This document shows positions 1 through 8,579 of a DNA stretch of 64,000 nt, in pieces. Where the stretch lies: positions 64,001 through 128,000 of IMG/VR virus record IMGVR_UViG_3300009008_000005. One strand, given 5' to 3'. How positions within the stretch are numbered: position 1 is the first letter of the stretch; every line of letters starts with the position of its first letter. The notes under the pieces were generated by a model. It made no database searches. It saw only the letters and a program-made list of their open reading frames with translations, and was not told the origin of the DNA. This stretch comes from a virus. The position numbers were made by a program, and so were the translations under genes.

Positions 1-1
1 G

Positions 2-190
2 GCCGTAGTAACAGCTGGAACGGACATTCCTCCTGGTGAGGTATGGGCGGGCGTCCCGGCCAAGAAGATATGTACGATAGAAGAATTCGCCGCACGAAGG
101 GGTGAGAGGAGGGAGCTGCCTAAGAACTGGCGGTCCCTTCCTTTTTACGGCATAGATCCGCTGGAACTCTGTAGGGCACCTAAGCCTTGA
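2..190 (+). CDS. 3' end of hexapeptide-repeat (LbH) acyltransferase, partial
   Basis: Frame 2 reads AVVTAGTDIPPGEVWAGVPAKKI..., the typical LbH C-terminal motif; TGA at 188-190; enters from the left edge. Confidence 0.7.
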   Translation, partial: AVVTAGTDIPPGEVWAGVPAKKICTIEEFAARRGERRELPKNWRSLPFYGIDPLELCRAPKP

Positions 191-1999
191 AGGCTTCTGG
201 GTCCGGGCCTGTCCAACGTACAGGAACTTCAGATCGTCGTCAATTGTGAAGTGGTAGCCTTCTACGTCGTCAGCCCAGTAGAACTTGCCTGCGTCTCCCT
301 GGTCCCCAAACTCGCAGGTCTGGCTCTGCCTGACTACGATCCTATCGTGCTTCAAGAACCTTGGGACCTTCTCGTATCCATTCAAATACACATTGAGCTT
401 GCCTACCTGAGGCAACATCTGTCTGACAACAACCTCAAGCTGTGCCTCCCTGCTGGGGATGGATGCGAGGGAGGCCGTCACCATGTTTCCACAGGACATC
501 TCTTGTGCGCTCTCGTCCCCGAAGAATCCATCCACCAGATCTATGGTGGGAGGGAATCCTGCCCTATCTGGGTTTAGTAAAGACATGTTCTCTGCGTGCA
601 GAACGTAAGACTCCTTCGAGCCCAGAAGCTTCAGATCCTTACCATAGAGGAGCTTACTCATCTGCCTACCAGCACCTGAGCTGCGTAGGTGTAACCGAGA
701 GGGCTTGAACCAACTACCCGGAGGCTCCTGCAACTCCAACATCTCTTCTAGGAATGCATCCTGGAATAGGAATGCGTTGCAATCTAGCCAGCCGAGATCA
801 TAGACAGGTCCCATGTCTTTAGCCTGGCCTGCCCCAGTCCACCTAACCTCATCCCAACTATTCGTTTTCAGTAGGAATAGGCAGATCTTCTTTGGGTCGT
901 CTACATCCTCCCACAAGGCCGTTGTCCTCTTGAAGAAGTCCTGGCAGAGTTCGACATCGTCCTGCATGAAGTAGAAGTACCTAGCCTTGTACCTCCGCTT
1001 CGCCTCTAGGAAGATGTCCCGCAGGAAGCGTGTGTACCCACGCTTCCCATAGCGGTTCCGCATTGTTGTGAAGTCCCACCCATAACGAGAGGCAAGGGTC
1101 TTCACCTCGTGATAGGAAGCCTCGCTTGGATCCTCCCACACAGACACGTGAACCTTGTAACCCTTGGAGTCCCTTATGATGTCTCCGAGGACCTTCAGTA
1201 AACCAGGTTCCCTATTGTAGGTCGTGATGAGGACACAGATATCCTGTGCTGTGGCTGTGGCATGGTCTGCATCTGTCCAGCGACTGTAGGAACCTTCCCC
1301 CAAAGATGCGTATGGACGCTCTACTTCTGATAGGACTTCAAAGCTATGCCTACCGTTGCATGCAAAGCACCTGCCGCAAGGGGCACCGTCAGCGCCAGGA
1401 TGCCAGCAGCTCCATGTCTCCAGAAGGATACCGTCGTAACCTCCCTCTAAAGCATCGTCCCATATGTCCTGCTTCGTCTTACGGATCAGAGGAAAACGTA
1501 GGTCCTCGAAAATCGTGACAAGCTCACTCGCAGGAGCACTTACCCTGCAGTTCGAGCCTTCCCCTACCACATGGAAACGGAGCAACTCCTCTGCTCGTCC
1601 TCCCACCTCTATCCCAACTTCGATGGGTTCACCGTAGTGACGGGCGAACGAGCACAAGTACTTGTACTGCTCGCCTATACGCATGTGCCCCTCTGATCCT
1701 AGCTCCAGGGCTACGGCCTTCTCCTCGATATCAGCGTCCAGGATTAGGGGAGCATCGTCTTGCCCACGACCTACGAATAAGGTCGGATGTATACACTTAC
1801 CCGCTTTAGGGTGCCACCGCCCTAGCATAGAGCGGAGAAGATCCATAGAGCGGACTTCGACATCCCTACTCATACGTGTGTCGATCCTGTCCAGGACGTA
1901 AATCGGCTGTACGGTCTTACCTTCTAAGACTAGCTGGCACAACCTAGCCGTAGAATCAAAACCGCCTGTCCAGAATAGATTTACCCTACTTACTGACAT
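2..1999 (-). CDS. Fusion of QueC-like PP-loop domain, GT2 domain and a second (apparently truncated) GT-A domain
   Basis: Manually translated, not in ORF track (no stop before the edge). LFWTGGFDST ... TWSCWHP..PCGRCFAC; then ICVLITTYNRE ... YFMQDDVEL; then VTASLASIPSR ... DAGKFYW ... FTIDDDL. Confidence 0.75.
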   Translation of the reverse strand, partial: MSVSRVNLFWTGGFDSTARLCQLVLEGKTVQPIYVLDRIDTRMSRDVEVRSMDLLRSMLGRWHPKAGKCIHPTLFVGRGQDDAPLILDADIEEKAVALELGSEGHMRIGEQYKYLCSFARHYGEPIEVGIEVGGRAEELLRFHVVGEGSNCRVSAPASELVTIFEDLRFPLIRKTKQDIWDDALEGGYDGILLETWSCWHPGADGAPCGRCFACNGRHSFEVLSEVERPYASLGEGSYSRWTDADHATATAQDICVLITTYNREPGLLKVLGDIIRDSKGYKVHVSVWEDPSEASYHEVKTLASRYGWDFTTMRNRYGKRGYTRFLRDIFLEAKRRYKARYFYFMQDDVELCQDFFKRTTALWEDVDDPKKICLFLLKTNSWDEVRWTGAGQAKDMGPVYDLGWLDCNAFLFQDAFLEEMLELQEPPGSWFKPSRLHLRSSGAGRQMSKLLYGKDLKLLGSKESYVLHAENMSLLNPDRAGFPPTIDLVDGFFGDESAQEMSCGNMVTASLASIPSREAQLEVVVRQMLPQVGKLNVYLNGYEKVPRFLKHDRIVVRQSQTCEFGDQGDAGKFYWADDVEGYHFTIDDDLKFLYVGQARTQKPSRLRCPTEFQRIYAVKRKGPPVLRQLPPLTPSCGEFFYRTYLLGRDARPYLTRRNVRSSCYYG

Positions 2000-2404
2000 G
2001 ACTTTCTATGGGCACCCATGTGAGCTTACGCCCCCTGCTGACAAGGATGAATACGGTCGAAAACTTCTTGCACGTAATAACGGATCCAGGCTTGTGAGCC
2101 ATGAAGAGCCACTTGTCCTCTACTAGCTGGGCTACCTTGCCCTCCTCTTTACGTAGGTCCGCCTGGACCTTGAGCTTCGTGGAAGATAGGAGGAGTACTC
2201 TGTAGCCCTCCTCTAATTGATAGGTAGGTACGACAGGACATCATCTACAGGCTCTCCCCAGGCCGACAGATCCTCTCCAGTAGAGGGCTTTTGATCGGAC
2301 ATCTGCTCTTCCAAATCACACAGGGAAGCCTGTATGTCCTGGACGAGTTTTACCATCATGCGGTCCTTCCGCATCAACGTGGGAATAACTAGCTTACGGA
2401 CCAT
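1986..2404 (-). pseudogene. Small gene split by an apparent 1-nt deletion near 2213
   Basis: MVRKLV...LSYLPIN* continues as QLEEGYRVLLL...ESHVSK* in the -1 frame; no start or RBS for the second part. Confidence 0.4.
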
Positions 2405-2453
2405 GAATACCCCCGTCCGTAAAGTGTAGCACACCCCCTTTCGGGACACGTAG

Positions 2454-2468
2454 TATTTCGGTGAAATA
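2454..2468. promoter_or_regulatory. 15-bp palindromic operator
   Basis: TATTTCGGTGAAATA, 6 nt before ATAAGAA. Confidence 0.7.
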
Positions 2469-2516
2469 GCTGGAATAAGAAGATTGGAAAAGGAACCCCA
2501 TAACAAGGAGGGCTCA

Positions 2517-2939
2517 ATGCCTGAAGCTGTGTTCACCTACACCTGGAATGAAGACCTGCAGGTCTCCCTGGAATCCGTCACCGGGGTGGAACTCGAAGTC
2601 CCCCGTGCGCCGGATACCTCTGCGGAGGGCGTCGAGGTCCGCATCACGGCCTCCATCGCCACCATCAAGCTAGGCTGCGAGCCGATCCAGCACCCGAGCT
2701 TGGTGGTCGCTCGACTCAGCCGGGAGCCGATAGGCGTACCAGGGGAGGCCGGAGTGCTGATCTTCCGCCGCTCCGAGCGGGCGTGGACGATCAAGGGCTC
2801 TGCCTCGAACGGGTCCGACGTAGTCCTCTTCCTCCAGAAGATCGGCCGTCTGCCCCAGGGGGAGTTCTTCCTCCGCAAGAAGGGAGCCGTGCTGCCGACC
2901 GAGGAGCCGGTCCCGGCTGACGCCGCACCCACAATGTAG
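2517..2939 (+). CDS. Hypothetical protein
   Basis: GGAGG RBS, upstream palindrome and ATAAGAA motif, downstream terminator. Confidence 0.75.
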   Translation: MPEAVFTYTWNEDLQVSLESVTGVELEVPRAPDTSAEGVEVRITASIATIKLGCEPIQHPSLVVARLSREPIGVPGEAGVLIFRRSERAWTIKGSASNGSDVVLFLQKIGRLPQGEFFLRKKGAVLPTEEPVPADAAPTM

Positions 2940-2957
2940 AGAAGGTTGCGGGTAAAA

Positions 2958-2982
2958 GAAGGGGGCTGCGGCCCCCCTTCTT
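2958..2982. terminator. Intrinsic terminator
   Basis: GAAGGGGGC-TGCG-GCCCCCCTTCTT hairpin with A/T flanks. Confidence 0.7.
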
Positions 2983-3053
2983 ATGTATGACCGGAAGGTG
3001 AAGACTAGCCCCACAGAAAATCTACAACCTTCCGGAGGTGCAAATGCACCTAG

Positions 3054-3127
3054 TCGGGGCGACTGGATTCGAACCAGCGACTTCGAGTACCCAAAACTCG
3101 TGCGCTACCAGGCTGCGCTACGCCCCG
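3054..3127 (-). tRNA. trnP: tRNA-Pro(TGG)
   Basis: Acceptor CGGGGCG/CGCCCCG, anticodon loop TT-TGG-GT, T-loop TTCGAAT. Confidence 0.95.
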
Positions 3128-3190
3128 ATACGGAACTATTATACCGGCTTTTACTGGAATAAGGATATTGTAACAACCAGGAGGTGACAC

Positions 3191-3445
3191 ATGATTTGTA
3201 ACGTGGAGGCAACCAACGCTCAGGTCCAGGCCGTCATGGTCGGGGACGACAAGCACAAGGTTGCGACCTTGAAGAAGGGGGAGGGCCTTTGGACCGAGGC
3301 CGGAGCCCGGATCACCCGGACCGGGGTGACGCAGTGGAAGATCTACGGTCACGGTGGTGGCGACATCATGCTCCAGACCCTCGCCGGGATGGGACTTCTC
3401 CCGAGGAACAGCAAGGTGGCGAAAGTCATGGGAGGTGCGGAGTGA
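3191..3445 (+). CDS. Hypothetical protein
   Basis: GGAGG RBS, ATAAGG motif upstream. Confidence 0.75.
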   Translation: MICNVEATNAQVQAVMVGDDKHKVATLKKGEGLWTEAGARITRTGVTQWKIYGHGGGDIMLQTLAGMGLLPRNSKVAKVMGGAE

Positions 3446-3759
3446 ACGTCTACTTCAAGATCCACATCCACCTGCGGGAGGGCGAGGAGATCACCTACAA
3501 GGAAGGCCAGGAGATGGCCAAGCACCTCATGGCAACACACAGGCTACCGCTCAAATCCGTACCCTCAGGGAACACGGAGGATGGCGTCCACGTAGAGAGC
3601 CACACCACCGAGGTCGAGGGCGACGACGACAAAGCCATGAAGATCGCTCTCGAAATCGCAACCACCATCCGGGACCACCTTGGCAAGCTGATCAAGGTCA
3701 CTCCCGTCATCGTCACAGAGAGATTCATTGGGTACGCAGACATCGGACCGGGGGAGTGA
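3442..3759 (+). CDS. Hypothetical protein (GTG start)
   Basis: GTGA overlap with previous stop, GGAGG RBS. Confidence 0.7.
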   Translation: MNVYFKIHIHLREGEEITYKEGQEMAKHLMATHRLPLKSVPSGNTEDGVHVESHTTEVEGDDDKAMKIALEIATTIRDHLGKLIKVTPVIVTERFIGYADIGPGE

Positions 3760-3760
3760 G

Positions 3761-3976
3761 ATGACAGATCTTCTGGAGAAGGACCAGACCCTCGAAGAAG
3801 CGACCTGGTGGCCAGAAGTGCCTGAGGGTACCCCGGTGACAAAGCTCCCGCCCGGTGTCTACGTCGAGCGATGTGCCGTCGAGGAGGTCCTCGAAGAGGT
3901 CTTCAAGCCGCACAGGAAGCCCCGGATCCAACTCTCTGGTATCCTTGGGAGGGCGACACGAAGAGCGGGTAAGTGA
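3761..3976 (+). CDS. Hypothetical protein
   Basis: GGGGAG RBS; followed by terminator. Confidence 0.65.
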   Translation: MTDLLEKDQTLEEATWWPEVPEGTPVTKLPPGVYVERCAVEEVLEEVFKPHRKPRIQLSGILGRATRRAGK

Positions 3977-4072
3977 ACCTGAGGGCGGCTTTGCCGCCCT
4001 CTTTACGTGCAAAAAACCTCCAGGTATGTGGGATAAGAAAATTGAACCCTATCCTGTACCAGGAGGTACATC

Positions 4073-4297
4073 ATGCCAAGGATCCAAATCGTCCGATCCA
4101 CTGACTGGGTCGAAGCCCTTCCACATCCCGGACTCGGTCCGGAAGATATCCTCCTGCAGAAGGAGCACGGAAACGACGTGCCCGAAGTAGGGACCAGCTG
4201 GCGTCCGCCCACCGGGTGTCACGAGATGCTTCTGTCCTCCCCGGACAAGAAGCGGAAGAATCTGGACCAGTACGACGACAGCCCTGACGCCTGGTAG
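4073..4297 (+). CDS. Hypothetical protein
   Basis: Own promoter motif (4033), AGGAGG RBS and terminator. Confidence 0.7.
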   Translation: MPRIQIVRSTDWVEALPHPGLGPEDILLQKEHGNDVPEVGTSWRPPTGCHEMLLSSPDKKRKNLDQYDDSPDAW

Positions 4298-4389
4298 GGT
4301 GTACGAGGGCCACACCTGGGAGCCCGTTCGGGCTCCTTTTTAGCCCAAAATATGGGATAAGAAGAGTGAACCCTAGTATGGAGGTGAGT

Positions 4390-4695
4390 ATGTCTGGATA
4401 CGTTGAGATCATGCAGCTCGGCCAAGAGCCCGTCAAGCTACGACTGGGCATGGGTGTATCGACCGCCCTCGAAGCCTACGAGAAAATCATCGGGATCGAT
4501 GGGGACCACTACCTCCTGTACTCCAGGGGGCTGGACAACATGGTGCCGATCCACTGGGACGACGCCCGGACGTTCCACCTCGAAGACAAGGATCATCTCA
4601 TCATCATGGTGCGGATCATGGGCTACCCGGAGGACTCGGAGAAGTTCGGAAAGACTCCCGCTCTTCGCAGACGGGATAAGGAGGTGATGCCATGA
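4390..4695 (+). CDS. Ubiquitin-like (beta-grasp) domain protein lacking di-Gly
   Basis: YVEIMQLGQEPVKL ... LEDKDHLIIMVRIMGY aligns by eye with the Ubl at 63774; GG replaced by GY. Confidence 0.5.
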   Translation: MSGYVEIMQLGQEPVKLRLGMGVSTALEAYEKIIGIDGDHYLLYSRGLDNMVPIHWDDARTFHLEDKDHLIIMVRIMGYPEDSEKFGKTPALRRRDKEVMP

Positions 4696-5033
4696 GCGGG
4701 GTAGTCAAAGTCTCGAAGATCGGGTGTCGCCCGATCAAGGTCGTGTGGAAACCGGGGATGACCGTCAGGGATGTCCTCCAGGCCATCCACGATGACCTCA
4801 ACCACCCCATGGACTACCACCTGGAGATCATGGGGCCGGACCGGGACAACCGGGGCCCCGTCCACTGGGACACGGTCGAAGAGCGGCCGGTGGTGGAGAA
4901 TGACCACCTGATCATCCATGGGCGCATGCTCGGGGATGGCCCCGGCGTCACGGAGTTCTACCGGAAGCAGGTCGAAAAGTACGGGCTCACCCCCGCACAG
5001 AAGGCAGACAGGAAGGGAGGGTACCATGCGTGA
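4692..5033 (+). CDS. Ubiquitin-like (beta-grasp) domain protein lacking di-Gly
   Basis: VKVSKIGCRPIKVVWKPGMTVRDVLQA ... VENDHLIIHGRMLGD; paralog of 4390..4695. Confidence 0.55.
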   Translation: MSGVVKVSKIGCRPIKVVWKPGMTVRDVLQAIHDDLNHPMDYHLEIMGPDRDNRGPVHWDTVEERPVVENDHLIIHGRMLGDGPGVTEFYRKQVEKYGLTPAQKADRKGGYHA

Positions 5034-5265
5034 GTTCAAGATCGGCTTCTTCCTCATGGTCACGGCAATGACCATCACGTTCATTCTCCTCAACGCCACC
5101 ACGGGACAACTTGTCCTGGTCACACTCCTCGCCTCCTTCCTCTTCGTTGTCAACCTCGCCACCGGAATGTCGCTCCTTGTGATCGGTGGGTACTCGGGGT
5201 GGGCCTTCGCAACTGTCGTCAGGGCGTTGTGGTTCATGCACACCCTCAACCCACCGGGGGTGTGA
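5026..5265 (+). CDS. Small membrane protein
   Basis: About three hydrophobic segments; GGAGG RBS. Confidence 0.7.
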   Translation: MREFKIGFFLMVTAMTITFILLNATTGQLVLVTLLASFLFVVNLATGMSLLVIGGYSGWAFATVVRALWFMHTLNPPGV

Positions 5266-5266
5266 C

Positions 5267-5503
5267 ATGGGACGAGCTGAATCCGACAAGAGCGGACACC
5301 ACTGGACCGGGTGGCTTCCGCTCAAGCGCCACGACCCACCGAAGGATTCTGGGTGGTACCTGGCTACCGTGGACCTGGGGACCGGCGAGAAGTACGTCGA
5401 GATCCTCTTCTACGACAAGGACCAGGACCTCTGGACGAGGGACAAGGCCAACCACAACGTCGTGGCCTGGTCCACGATCCCCCCAACCTGGAAGGAGTTG
5501 TGA
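5267..5503 (+). CDS. DUF551-like phage protein
   Basis: W..L....PP...GWYLATV ... VVAWSTIPP pattern. Confidence 0.6.
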   Translation: MGRAESDKSGHHWTGWLPLKRHDPPKDSGWYLATVDLGTGEKYVEILFYDKDQDLWTRDKANHNVVAWSTIPPTWKEL

Positions 5504-5504
5504 T

Positions 5505-5771
5505 ATGGGCAAGCCAGTACAAGTGAAGCTCTACCCGCTCAGCGGTCCCCCCAAGAAGAGGAAGCGTCCCTTCAAGTGGTTCACTGGTGAGAATCCTACC
5601 AAGAGCGGTGAGTACCTCGTGACGTTCTTGAACCGAGACGGGAGCCGTGAAACCACGTCCGACTGGTTCAGCACCGAAGAAAACATTTGGGACAGCGAAG
5701 GGTACCCATGGAAAGTAATCGCCTGGGCCCCGCTCCCCGCACCATACCGTGGGAAAGGAGTGATCGGATGA
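5505..5771 (+). CDS. DUF551-like phage protein
   Basis: P.KSGEYLVT ... VIAWAPLPAPY pattern; paralog of the previous gene. Confidence 0.65.
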   Translation: MGKPVQVKLYPLSGPPKKRKRPFKWFTGENPTKSGEYLVTFLNRDGSRETTSDWFSTEENIWDSEGYPWKVIAWAPLPAPYRGKGVIG

Positions 5772-6160
5772 GCAGGAAGAACACCTCCCTTAGTGTAACA
5801 GTTTTAACCACCTACCACTTCGTCATCACAGAGGCGCACTGCGACCACTGCAGGTTCATCCTGGGGGAGGAGACGTCGGAACACTCCACGGACTCCGGCC
5901 ACGCCGGGGCCATGGAGAACAACCAGAACCTCACCGGTCTGTACGGCTGCTACGCCTGCGGTGAGGACATCTGCGACAACTGCGTCGCCGAGGCTCCCTT
6001 CTGCCCCGACGTGGAGGAGCCCCCTACCCGAATCTGCAAGAAGTGTGCGGAGAAGGGGATCCGCTGGGCCTACGAGATGGACGGGGAGCCCACCCACGTC
6101 ATCGACAAGGACAACAACGAAGTTCCCATGGCCAAGAGTGGGCCGTGGGTCAAACAGTAA
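5768..6160 (+). CDS. Cys-rich zinc-finger protein
   Basis: CDHC, CYAC, CDNC and CKKC motifs; ATGA overlap. Confidence 0.65.
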   Translation: MSRKNTSLSVTVLTTYHFVITEAHCDHCRFILGEETSEHSTDSGHAGAMENNQNLTGLYGCYACGEDICDNCVAEAPFCPDVEEPPTRICKKCAEKGIRWAYEMDGEPTHVIDKDNNEVPMAKSGPWVKQ

Positions 6161-6173
6161 GGAGGTGCGCTAC

Positions 6174-7166
6174 ATGGAACTGAAGCGAGTGATCGACGTC
6201 CCCACCGGGAAGATCGCCGTGGTCGAAGGGGAGAAGGGGCTCTTGGAGCTAGTCTCCCTGGGGGACTACGGCAAGGACAAGAACCTGAAGGCCGACTTCC
6301 TCGGCCTCGCCGAAGCCCCGGAGCGGGTGGTCCACCAGGACATGCTCCCGCTGGAGGAGAAGTGGGTCGTCACCATCTCCACCCAGCACGGCTGCCGGAT
6401 GAACTGCAACTTCTGCGACGTGCCCCTCGCCGGGAACGGGCGGAACTGCTCCCTCGGAGACCTGGTCGAGCAGGTCGACGCCGGGATCGCCCTCTACCCT
6501 GAGGTGCGGGCTACCGAGCGCCTCAACATCCACTTCGCCCGCATGGGTGAGCCTACCTGGAACCCCTACGTCCTCGACGCCGCCATGGAGTTCCTCAACC
6601 GCTACCCCTGGGCCAAGGTCGTCCACCCCGTCGTCTCCACGATGATGCCGAAGTGGAACGAGTGGCTCAGGACCTTCATCCACACCTGGCTCCGGATCAA
6701 GAACCACGCCTACGGCGGACAGGCGGGTCTACAGCTCTCGATCAACTCCACGAACGAGATGGAGCGAGAGATCATGTTCGCCAAGAACGCCCACACGATC
6801 GAGGGGATCGCCAGGGTCATGGACGACATCCGTCTGCACAAGGGCCGGAAGATCACCCTCAACTTCGCCGTGGCTGGCTACGAGATCGACCCCGACATCC
6901 TCCTCAAGTACTTCGACCCCTCCGCCTACCTCATCAAGCTCACCCCCATGCACAAGACAGCGACCGCCATCAAGTACGGCATCGAGACCTGCGGGGACTA
7001 CACCGAGTTCCACCCGTACGAGCTGGACGAGGCTCGTCTCCGTGCGGCAGGTTACGACGTCCTGGTGTTCATCGCCAGCAAGGCCGAGGACGAGGGGCGG
7101 ATCACCTGCGGCAACGCCGTCCTCTCTGGGAACATGCCCTTCGGGGCAGGTCTAATCGAGCCATGA
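6174..7166 (+). CDS. RlmN/Cfr-like radical SAM methyltransferase
   Basis: ISTQHGCRMNCNFC (CxxxCxxC), MGEP, LQLSINST, C-terminal ITCGNA. Confidence 0.8.
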   Translation: MELKRVIDVPTGKIAVVEGEKGLLELVSLGDYGKDKNLKADFLGLAEAPERVVHQDMLPLEEKWVVTISTQHGCRMNCNFCDVPLAGNGRNCSLGDLVEQVDAGIALYPEVRATERLNIHFARMGEPTWNPYVLDAAMEFLNRYPWAKVVHPVVSTMMPKWNEWLRTFIHTWLRIKNHAYGGQAGLQLSINSTNEMEREIMFAKNAHTIEGIARVMDDIRLHKGRKITLNFAVAGYEIDPDILLKYFDPSAYLIKLTPMHKTATAIKYGIETCGDYTEFHPYELDEARLRAAGYDVLVFIASKAEDEGRITCGNAVLSGNMPFGAGLIEP

Positions 7167-7708
7167 GAGAAACGGACGCAAGAGAGATCGGTATTCGTGC
7201 CCACTCGTCCCAGACCTATGGAGAGAAGCACCTCCCCTACTCCCTGCACCTCGATATGGTCGCAGGCGTCCTCGCCGAGTTCCTGGTCGACAGCGACGAG
7301 ATCGACCAGGTGGCATACCTCCACGACATCCTGGAGGACACAGAGTGGACGTCTGAAGACCTGAAGAAGCACGGCTTCTCCGAAGACGTGATCGGTGCGG
7401 TTGAGTTCTGCACGGATGCACCGGGGAAGAACAGGAAGGAGCGGAAGGCTGCGACCTACGAGCGCATGGCGGAGCAGCTGGGTGTGCTTCCCACGCAGAA
7501 GTACGTCAAGCTCGGGGCCCTCGTGAAGGTGGCGGACCGGATCGTGAACCTGCGTGCATGTCACATCTGGCCCAATGCCAGCATGCTCAAGATGTACATG
7601 CAAGAGGACGAGGCTTTCTCCGAAGCTCTCTGGGGGCACGACTGGAGCGGGGTCGTCCCCGATCGCATGTGGAATGCCTACAAGATGCTCGTGGACCCGG
7701 GAGGGTAG
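7163..7708 (+). CDS. RelA/SpoT-type HD hydrolase (small alarmone hydrolase/Mesh1-like)
   Basis: AHSSQ..PYSLHL ... AYLHDILEDT ... LVKVADRIVNL. Confidence 0.8.
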   Translation: MRETDAREIGIRAHSSQTYGEKHLPYSLHLDMVAGVLAEFLVDSDEIDQVAYLHDILEDTEWTSEDLKKHGFSEDVIGAVEFCTDAPGKNRKERKAATYERMAEQLGVLPTQKYVKLGALVKVADRIVNLRACHIWPNASMLKMYMQEDEAFSEALWGHDWSGVVPDRMWNAYKMLVDPGG

Positions 7709-7740
7709 GGAGTTGAGGTAGAAGAGTGCGGTGTGGCATC

Positions 7741-7950
7741 ATGGTGGGCAAGGAGGCCATCATGATGCTGCACATCGCCCTGGTCCTTGTATTCACTTTC
7801 ATTAGCCCGGACGATCCACCCCCACCAGACCTACAGATGCAGCACCAGATGCAGCAGCTGGATAATGCCCTACAGGATCTAAACACCTTCGACCTACCTA
7901 CGGACGCACCACATGCAGATCCACCTGGAGACCCTTATGACTCAGAATAA
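7741..7950 (+). CDS. Small secreted or membrane protein
   Basis: Hydrophobic N-terminus, Pro/Gln-rich tail; start uncertain. Confidence 0.5.
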   Translation: MVGKEAIMMLHIALVLVFTFISPDDPPPPDLQMQHQMQQLDNALQDLNTFDLPTDAPHADPPGDPYDSE

Positions 7951-8461
7951 GAATGAGAAGACAGAGGAGAAGGGGACGATCACCCTTCGCCCTTCTGCAG
8001 TACGCACCTGGTTGCTGATGCTCGTAGGGGTAGCTGGTGTAGGGGGTGGTAGCATCGGTGTGCAACACCTCATCCCAGCACTCACACCGGATAAAGAGGT
8101 TGCGCAGACCCAGGTGAACTCTGCTGTCGAAACCTTGATGTCGAGTGTAGTGACCGCTGCGAAAGCTGACATCGAGAAGGACATGGATGAAAACCTCAAG
8201 GAACTGAAGAAAGACCTTAAGGAGTCCATCGCAGACAAACTGAACACCGTGTCTGTCGCCCTGAAAGCAATGGTGAAGCTGAACGAGGCCGAGATCCTAC
8301 GTGAGGCTCAGGGTGATGCTGCCCTGCGTAGAGAACTAGACGAAATGAATAAGCAAATCAGTATCTTACGTAGTGCTGTCCAATCCATCGAGGAAGAACT
8401 CGACGCTGGGATTGAAATGGCTCCGCTTGTATTTGAAGGTGAGACGTCAGGTCCCCCGTAG
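7937..8461 (+). CDS. Membrane-anchored coiled-coil protein
   Basis: One TM segment followed by heptad-like helix. Confidence 0.7.
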   Translation: MTQNKNEKTEEKGTITLRPSAVRTWLLMLVGVAGVGGGSIGVQHLIPALTPDKEVAQTQVNSAVETLMSSVVTAAKADIEKDMDENLKELKKDLKESIADKLNTVSVALKAMVKLNEAEILREAQGDAALRRELDEMNKQISILRSAVQSIEEELDAGIEMAPLVFEGETSGPP

Positions 8462-8468
8462 GTAAAAG

Positions 8469-8557
8469 AGGAGTGGGGGGGATTCGAACCCCCGGGGGAC
8501 CTCACGGCCCCCACTGCCTTTCCAAGACAGCGCAATAAGCCTCTCTGCCACCACTCC
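8469..8557 (-). tRNA. trnS: tRNA-Ser(GGA)
   Basis: Acceptor GGAGTGG/CCACTCC, loop TT-GGA-AA, long variable arm. Confidence 0.92.
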
Positions 8558-8579
8558 GTGGGCCCCGAAGGGCCCTGAA

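Noticed and set aside
1300-1999. Canonical queC / 7-deazaguanine DNA-modification pathway
   Set aside because: The motif is WTGGFDS rather than SGGxDS, and no queD, queE, folE or dpdA is in the window; left as QueC-like
3191-3445. Fourth Ubl (starts MIC like the Ubl and ends GGAE)
   Set aside because: The internal pattern does not align with the beta-grasp strands seen in the other three
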